Positions 35,048-40,040 of a stretch of DNA of 40,040 nucleotides are shown here, in pieces. The notes under the pieces are model-generated. The model had not been told where the DNA came from. It searched no databases and saw only the letters and a program-made list of their open reading frames with translations. Position 1 is the first letter of the stretch. The number at the start of each line of letters is the position of its first letter. The position numbers and the translations under genes were made by a program. Source of the stretch: an uncultured Ramlibacter sp. Its GTDB lineage: Bacteria > Pseudomonadota > Gammaproteobacteria > Burkholderiales > Burkholderiaceae_C. The stretch lies in assembly GCA_964501495.1 (NCBI GenBank), contig CAZCTU010000001.1, positions 1 through 40,040 on the forward strand, given 5' to 3'.

Positions 35048-35551
35048 ATGCCCCTCCTCCTCAATGCCGCGGGCTTCCAGCTGGCCTGGTGGGCCCTGGT
35101 GATCGGTGTCCCCTCGGGGATGGAGCTGGGCGCGCTCGTCCTGGGCCTCGCGCTGGGCGCGGCGCACCTGCGCTGGAGTCCCCGCCCCCGGGACGAGATT
35201 CGCCTGGCCGCGATGGCCTGGCTGGTCGGCCTCGTCGTCGACACCTCGCTCCAGGCCGCGGGGGTGATCGAATTCCATGGGTGGTCGATAGGCCCCCTGA
35301 GCCCGGTCTGGCTGTGGATGCTCTGGGCCCTTTTCGGCTTCACGCTCGATTCGTCCATGGCCTTCCTGCAGCGCCACCACTGGGCGCTGTCGGCGGCGGT
35401 GGGCGGGATCTTCGGCCCCCTGAGCTACCTCGGCGGCGCGAAGCTGGGGGCCGCGAGCTTCAGCGCATCGACGGCCCACTTCGCGGCCCTCGCCCTGGCC
35501 TGGATGCTCGCCCTGCCGGTTCTCGTGGGCCTGGCCCGGCGCCGGGCCTGA
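35048..35551 (+). CDS. DUF2878-like membrane protein
   Basis: LLNAAGFQLAW, P.WLWMLWALF..TL..S..FL and GGIFGPLSY.GGAKLGA patterns; hydrophobic throughout. Confidence 0.75.
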   Translation: MPLLLNAAGFQLAWWALVIGVPSGMELGALVLGLALGAAHLRWSPRPRDEIRLAAMAWLVGLVVDTSLQAAGVIEFHGWSIGPLSPVWLWMLWALFGFTLDSSMAFLQRHHWALSAAVGGIFGPLSYLGGAKLGAASFSASTAHFAALALAWMLALPVLVGLARRRA

Positions 35552-35667
35552 AGACCCGCGCGTGCCTCAGGCGCGCATCTCCATCGGGTTGCCCGAGGGG
35601 CCCGTGAGCAATTCGCCTGCTCCCTCACTGGCTTGAGCCCGCATGGGGCCATCGGCCCGGCCCGCCC

Positions 35668-35703
35668 CTCCCCGCTGGGGCACACTAGCACCCCAGCGGG
35701 GGG
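35668..35703. repeat. Intergenic inverted repeat (CCCCGCTGGGG-N10-CCCCAGCGGGG hairpin)
   Basis: Perfect 11-bp arms at 35670-35680 and 35691-35701; no U-tract after the stem. Confidence 0.5.
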
Positions 35704-35778
35704 TCATCGGGTCCCCGACAATAAAAAAGGCTGGCAAGTCCCACCGGGGTGGCGCCAGACCCATGCGTGGAGCGGGAC

Positions 35779-36585
35779 ATGGCTATCTTCAAGACAACAT
35801 CGCACGTCGAGGCCTATCGGGCCAAGGCCAGTGCGCGCGACATCAACGAACTGAGCGGCCGCACCGGCCGTCCGGACCTCACCGCCTTCGTGACGCAGCA
35901 GATCGTGGCCAGGCTGCCCCTGCGCCGGGACGCCGTGCTCGTGGACGTGGGCTGCGGCGATGCTTCGCTGCTCCTCCAGGCAGGACGCCAGGGCCTGGAC
36001 GGTTTTTTCGGCCGCCTGATCGGGCTGCTGCCGACCCGGGAGGAGGTCTCGCGTGTCCGGGACCATCTCCTGCACCGCGCCTGCGCCCCGTCGCACCTGG
36101 TGAGCATCGAGCCGGGGCTCGCGGACCAGACCCATCTCCCTGACCGGTATTGCGACCTGCTGGTGTGCAATGGCGTGCTCATCGTCCTGCCGGACGACGC
36201 CAGCGTGCGCGCCGCCCTTACCGAGTTCGCCCGCATCACCAAGCCCGGTGCCACCGTCTATCTTGGGGAAATCCCCGACACCGACGAAATGGCCGGCAAG
36301 AACTACGGGGACTCGGTCTCGGGCTGGCTGCTCTGGGTGCTCAAGCACCAGGGCCTTGCCGCCTTCTGGATCCGCCTGCGGCAGACGCTGGCGGCGGTCT
36401 TCAGCCGCGAGCCCTTCGTGATCGCGCCCAAGAAGATCTTCCACATGCCGCCGGACGCCTTCATCGCCCTGCTCTCGCACCATGGCTTCGAGGTGCTGGA
36501 GCACCGCCGCCACCAGGAGGTCGCCCCCGACGGCACGGTTCGCGACAGCGGCACGCGCTGGAATTTCCTTGCCCTGCGCCGATGA
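35779..36585 (+). CDS. Class I SAM-dependent methyltransferase
   Basis: LVDVGCGDA motif I, LPD..CDLLVCNGVL and ALTEFARITKPG. Confidence 0.85.
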   Translation: MAIFKTTSHVEAYRAKASARDINELSGRTGRPDLTAFVTQQIVARLPLRRDAVLVDVGCGDASLLLQAGRQGLDGFFGRLIGLLPTREEVSRVRDHLLHRACAPSHLVSIEPGLADQTHLPDRYCDLLVCNGVLIVLPDDASVRAALTEFARITKPGATVYLGEIPDTDEMAGKNYGDSVSGWLLWVLKHQGLAAFWIRLRQTLAAVFSREPFVIAPKKIFHMPPDAFIALLSHHGFEVLEHRRHQEVAPDGTVRDSGTRWNFLALRR

Positions 36586-36661
36586 ATTGCCCCCTTCCGC
36601 AGTGCGCGCGCGGAAGGCCGCGTACGATCCTGACAGCCCCTTCCACCCACCAGGAGAGACC

Positions 36662-37558
36662 ATGCCGCCCCGCCAGACTGCCCAGGACTTCGACCAGGAA
36701 CTGCTGATTCTTTTTGACGCCTATGTGCACGGCAAGATCGACCGCCGGGGCTTCCTCGACAAGGCCCAGCGCTTCGCCACCGCCGGCGTGACGGCGGCCG
36801 GCCTGCTCGCGGCTCTCAGCCCGAACTTCGCCGCCGGCCAGCAGGTCAAGCCCGAAGACGCGCGTCTCAAGACCGAGCGGGTGATCGTCCCCTCCCCCCA
36901 GGGCTATGGCAGCATCAAAGGCTATCTGGCGCGCCCGGCCTCGGCGGCGGCCTCCGCCAGGCTGCCGGCCATTCTGGTGATCCACGAAAACCGCGGCCTC
37001 AACCCGCACATCGAGGACATCACCCGCCGCCTCGCGCTCGACGGCTTCATGGCCTTCGCCCCCGATGCGCTGACCCCGATGGGCGGCTACCCGGGCGACG
37101 AGGACAAGGCCCGCGAGGCGTTCGGCAAACTGGAGCAGGCCAAGACCCAGCAGGACTTCCTGGCGAGTGCCGCGTGGCTCAAGGCGCGTGCCGATGGCAC
37201 CGGGAAGATGGGGGCGGTGGGCTTCTGCTACGGCGGGGGTGTCGTCCTCTCGCTGGCCACCCGCCTGTCGGACCTGGACGCTGCAGTCCCCTTCTACGGC
37301 AACACGCCGGCCGTGGCGGACGCCGCCAAGGTCAAGGCGCCGGTGCTGGCGCATCTGGCCGGGATCGACGAACGCATCAACGCGTCCTGGCCAGCCTTCG
37401 AGGCGGCGCTCAAGGCCGCAGGCGTGCGGCTCACGCTGCACCAGTACCCCAACACCCAACACGGCTTCAACAACGACACCACGCCCCGCTATGACGCCGC
37501 AGCGGCGAAGCTGGCGTGGGAGCGGACGGTGGCCTTCTTCAAGGCCCACCTCGGTTGA
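36662..37558 (+). CDS. Dienelactone hydrolase family protein (YghX-like)
   Basis: YVHG.IDRRGFL, HENRGLNPHIED, GFCYGG and HGFNNDTTPRYD; AGGAG RBS. Confidence 0.92.
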   Translation: MPPRQTAQDFDQELLILFDAYVHGKIDRRGFLDKAQRFATAGVTAAGLLAALSPNFAAGQQVKPEDARLKTERVIVPSPQGYGSIKGYLARPASAAASARLPAILVIHENRGLNPHIEDITRRLALDGFMAFAPDALTPMGGYPGDEDKAREAFGKLEQAKTQQDFLASAAWLKARADGTGKMGAVGFCYGGGVVLSLATRLSDLDAAVPFYGNTPAVADAAKVKAPVLAHLAGIDERINASWPAFEAALKAAGVRLTLHQYPNTQHGFNNDTTPRYDAAAAKLAWERTVAFFKAHLG

Positions 37559-37583
37559 CCCCCGGACGCGGCAGGCAGGCTGC

Positions 37584-38576
37584 TCAGGACCTGGACGCGA
37601 AGAAGTCCAGGATCATGGCGCGCAGCCGCTGCCGCTGCGCGGGGCTGGCGCCTCGCGACTGATAGAGCATCCGGCCGCCAGGCATCGGGCGCTCCGAGGC
37701 GGAGAAGTCGGAGAACATCATCCCGTGCCCGCCGCCCTCGATCAGCTCGAACCGGACGGGCACGTTGCCGGCCGCGCGGATGCTCTCGAACCAGGCCTGA
37801 GGCGACGGCATGGCGTTGGCCCGGCCCGCGTCCCGGCTGCAGCGGGCAGCAAAGCCAGCGGGCACCTGCGGATCGAATTCGTTGGCCCCACAGGCGTTTG
37901 CCCGCAGGTGCATGAAGTCCGCCCGATGGTTACCCCCAAAGACGTCGGCGGACCCGTACACCATCAAGAGCGGGACCCTCAGTGAATCGGGAAACCCGAT
38001 ACCCATGGACGGGCCAGCCTCGGCGACCACCCCCTTGACATGCGACGGGTCTGCTGCCGCCGCCATGTTGATGGCGACGCTGCCGCCATTCGAATGGCCC
38101 TGGATGAAGATGCGGGAGGTGTCGACCTTGTCGTTTCCCATCACCCATTGATAGGCGCCGTAGGTCACCTTGAACAGCATCCGCTGCCGCGCCGCGTTGC
38201 TCACCTGGTAGGCGATCAGGTCCGAGCCAGCGGTGAACCCGTTCATCTCGAAAGCGTCGAAGACCAGGGAGGCATAGCCATTCTGGTTCATCACCTTGGC
38301 GAAATCGCGCTGATACCCACCGAGGCCATCGCCGCCGTGGATCACGATGACCAGGGGTGGCTTATCGCCGAGCTTCGGTGCGCCCGCCGTGGGAAAGTCG
38401 AGTCGGACCGAGGAGTGGCAGGAATTGAATTCAGCGATGGGGCCATCAACGGACTTGAGCGGGCCGATGGACACGAGTGTCGGATTCCCCTGCGCGAAGG
38501 GCCTGCAGGGACCCTGCCCCTGGGCACGGACGGTACCGACGCCGATGAGCGCAAGGAGCAGGATGATCGATTTCAT
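37584..38576 (-). CDS. Secreted dienelactone-hydrolase-like alpha/beta hydrolase
   Basis: Signal peptide MKSIILLLALIG..VRA, IHGGDG, GHSNGG, YGSAD and GGGHG. Confidence 0.8.
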   Translation of the reverse strand: MKSIILLLALIGVGTVRAQGQGPCRPFAQGNPTLVSIGPLKSVDGPIAEFNSCHSSVRLDFPTAGAPKLGDKPPLVIVIHGGDGLGGYQRDFAKVMNQNGYASLVFDAFEMNGFTAGSDLIAYQVSNAARQRMLFKVTYGAYQWVMGNDKVDTSRIFIQGHSNGGSVAINMAAAADPSHVKGVVAEAGPSMGIGFPDSLRVPLLMVYGSADVFGGNHRADFMHLRANACGANEFDPQVPAGFAARCSRDAGRANAMPSPQAWFESIRAAGNVPVRFELIEGGGHGMMFSDFSASERPMPGGRMLYQSRGASPAQRQRLRAMILDFFASRS

Positions 38577-38602
38577 GGAAGGGGCCACGTGGAATCCTTG
38601 TG

Positions 38603-39745
38603 CTATTCGATCTTGACCCGGATGGCGCTGCCCCAGTTGCTCACGATGTAGCCACCATCCGCCACCATCCAGCGCAGCCACCTGGCGTAGGGGCCGAATC
38701 GCGGATCGGACCAGTCCGGGTCCGCGATCAGCACCGTGCTGACCTGGGTGTCGAGCGAGAACTTCTGCAGCCAGAGGCCCCGGTAGAAGGCGGTGCCGTT
38801 GCTCCTGCCGTCGCCGGTGCGCAAGACATAGAGCGAATTGACCGATTTGACGTAGACGAAGTCAACGATCGTGCCGGCTCCGGGCACGGGCGCAATCGTG
38901 ATGGTTTGCGCCGAGCGCCCGAACTTGTTGTTGCCCGGATTCAGCACGATGCGCGTGGCATCCTCCCACTCATGGCTGCCGCCCACGATGTCGAACTTGC
39001 CATCGTTGTTCACATCGACCAGTTCGATGTGGAAGGCCCGGCGGAACTGCCCGAAGGAATACTCGCTGCTGGGAGAAAACTTCCCCGTGCCGTCGTTGAT
39101 GAACGTCCGGGTGCCGTTCTTCAGGGTCAGGACGAGATCCGGGATCCCGTCGCCGTTGAAGTCGTGCGCCGCGCCTCCGTGATAGAACTCGACGCGGTCG
39201 GTGACGATGTCCTGCACGTAGCCGTGAGGGCTACTCATGAGCCCGATGCTGTGCTCTCCCGGATAGGGCGGTGCATCATGGCCGTGGCAGGCGATCACGA
39301 AGTCTGGCTGCCCGTCCTGGTTGAAGTCGGCGACGATGGCCTTCCTCGGGTGCACGCACGTGTCGGCCCGCTTGTCGATGTGCGGCACATGCGCCACCCA
39401 CACGCCAGCCACCTTCTTGAAAAAACTGAACAGTGAAGGCGTCGGAGGACCCGCTCCCTGTGGGGTCCAGTACTGGAGACGCCCAAGGAACAGGCCTTCG
39501 GACCCATCTGGGAACTTGAAGAATGCCTGCGCGTCACCGACCAGCGGCGCCTTTCCGTCCGGCCGGAGTGGAAAGTCCTGGCTGAAAAAAGAGTTCTCCT
39601 TGCTGTTCGCATAAGAACTCAATGACATCCGAGCCGCGCCGGTTGTACGGGCCCCTTTGGCAGCCGCGCTTTCAGCGGCAGGTTCTGCAGCCAGCGCCAA
39701 TGCGCTGGCCACGCAAATGGTGATGAATGCAAGCTGCGACTTCAT
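38603..39745 (-). CDS. Secreted VCBS/FG-GAP repeat protein
   Basis: Signal peptide; Ca-binding repeats ADFNQDGQPDF, HDFNGDGIPDL and VDVNNDGKFDI; INDGTGKF. Confidence 0.85.
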   Translation of the reverse strand: MKSQLAFITICVASALALAAEPAAESAAAKGARTTGAARMSLSSYANSKENSFFSQDFPLRPDGKAPLVGDAQAFFKFPDGSEGLFLGRLQYWTPQGAGPPTPSLFSFFKKVAGVWVAHVPHIDKRADTCVHPRKAIVADFNQDGQPDFVIACHGHDAPPYPGEHSIGLMSSPHGYVQDIVTDRVEFYHGGAAHDFNGDGIPDLVLTLKNGTRTFINDGTGKFSPSSEYSFGQFRRAFHIELVDVNNDGKFDIVGGSHEWEDATRIVLNPGNNKFGRSAQTITIAPVPGAGTIVDFVYVKSVNSLYVLRTGDGRSNGTAFYRGLWLQKFSLDTQVSTVLIADPDWSDPRFGPYARWLRWMVADGGYIVSNWGSAIRVKIE

Positions 39746-39816
39746 GGGGCGGGTAGTCAGTGTGAAGGCCGATCTGATGGGTCGGCGGCCAGATCACACA
39801 GGGGTTGTCTGTGGGC

Positions 39817-40040
39817 TCACTCCCACTCGATCGTCGCCGGCGGCTTCGAGCTCACGTCGTAGGTCACGCGGTTGATGCCGCGCACTTCATTGATGATGCG
39901 GCCCGACACTTTCTTCAGGAGCGCATAGGGCAGCTCCGCCCAGTCCGCGGTCATGAAGTCGCTGGTCTGCACCGCGCGCAGGGCGACCACGTAGTCGTAG
40001 GTGCGGCCGTCGCCCATCACGCCCACGCTCTTGACCGGCA
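39817..40040 (-). CDS. guaA: GMP synthase, 3' end (gene continues beyond the window)
   Basis: [25 protein letters not shown] and [15 protein letters not shown]-terminus. Confidence 0.97.
   Translation of the reverse strand, partial: PVKSVGVMGDGRTYDYVVALRAVQTSDFMTADWAELPYALLKKVSGRIINEVRGINRVTYDVSSKPPATIEWE

Noticed and set aside
38960-38972. CTCCCACTC match to the guaA 3' end as a possible att duplication
   Set aside because: Only about 9 bp and inside the VCBS coding sequence (encodes EWE), consistent with chance; no integrase in the window.
1-40040. CRISPR arrays, IS/transposases, prophage genes, rRNA or tRNA genes
   Set aside because: No regularly spaced repeats, mobility-enzyme motifs or structural RNA signatures were seen by eye.

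Overview
GC-rich betaproteobacterial chromosome segment (Comamonadaceae/Burkholderiales-like, judged from gene order and several Bug/TctC genes). The core scaffold is ygfZ, mltG-tmk-holB-pilZ-tatD-ankyrin, ldcA-tadA, feoAB and the 3' end of guaA. It is interrupted by several accessory blocks. The main one (15.5-32.7 kb) is a catabolic locus with three intact carotenoid-cleavage-oxygenase (CCO/RPE65) family genes, an SCP2-type thiolase, an acyl-CoA ligase, an HMSA-type aldehyde dehydrogenase, an SDR, a nitronate-monooxygenase-family flavoprotein, three alpha/beta hydrolases, two Bug receptors and two IclR regulators with candidate palindromic operators. From recall, the CCO-thiolase pair resembles M. 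tuberculosis Rv0913c/Rv0914c; this needs a BLAST check. The locus looks like an undescribed pathway for cleaving and assimilating a polyene or alkene compound. Other points: an orphan 397-aa protein with an effector-like N-terminus and a hidden internal domain duplication; TadA fused to an apparently inactive haloalkane-dehalogenase domain; an IclR-Bug-LEH-SDR mini-operon whose epoxide hydrolase lacks the water-positioning residues; an orphan operator-like site; a Fur box before feoA; and a secreted VCBS/FG-GAP plus hydrolase pair just downstream of guaA. No tRNA, rRNA, CRISPR array, integrase or transposase was seen. All family calls come from motif recognition, not database searches.
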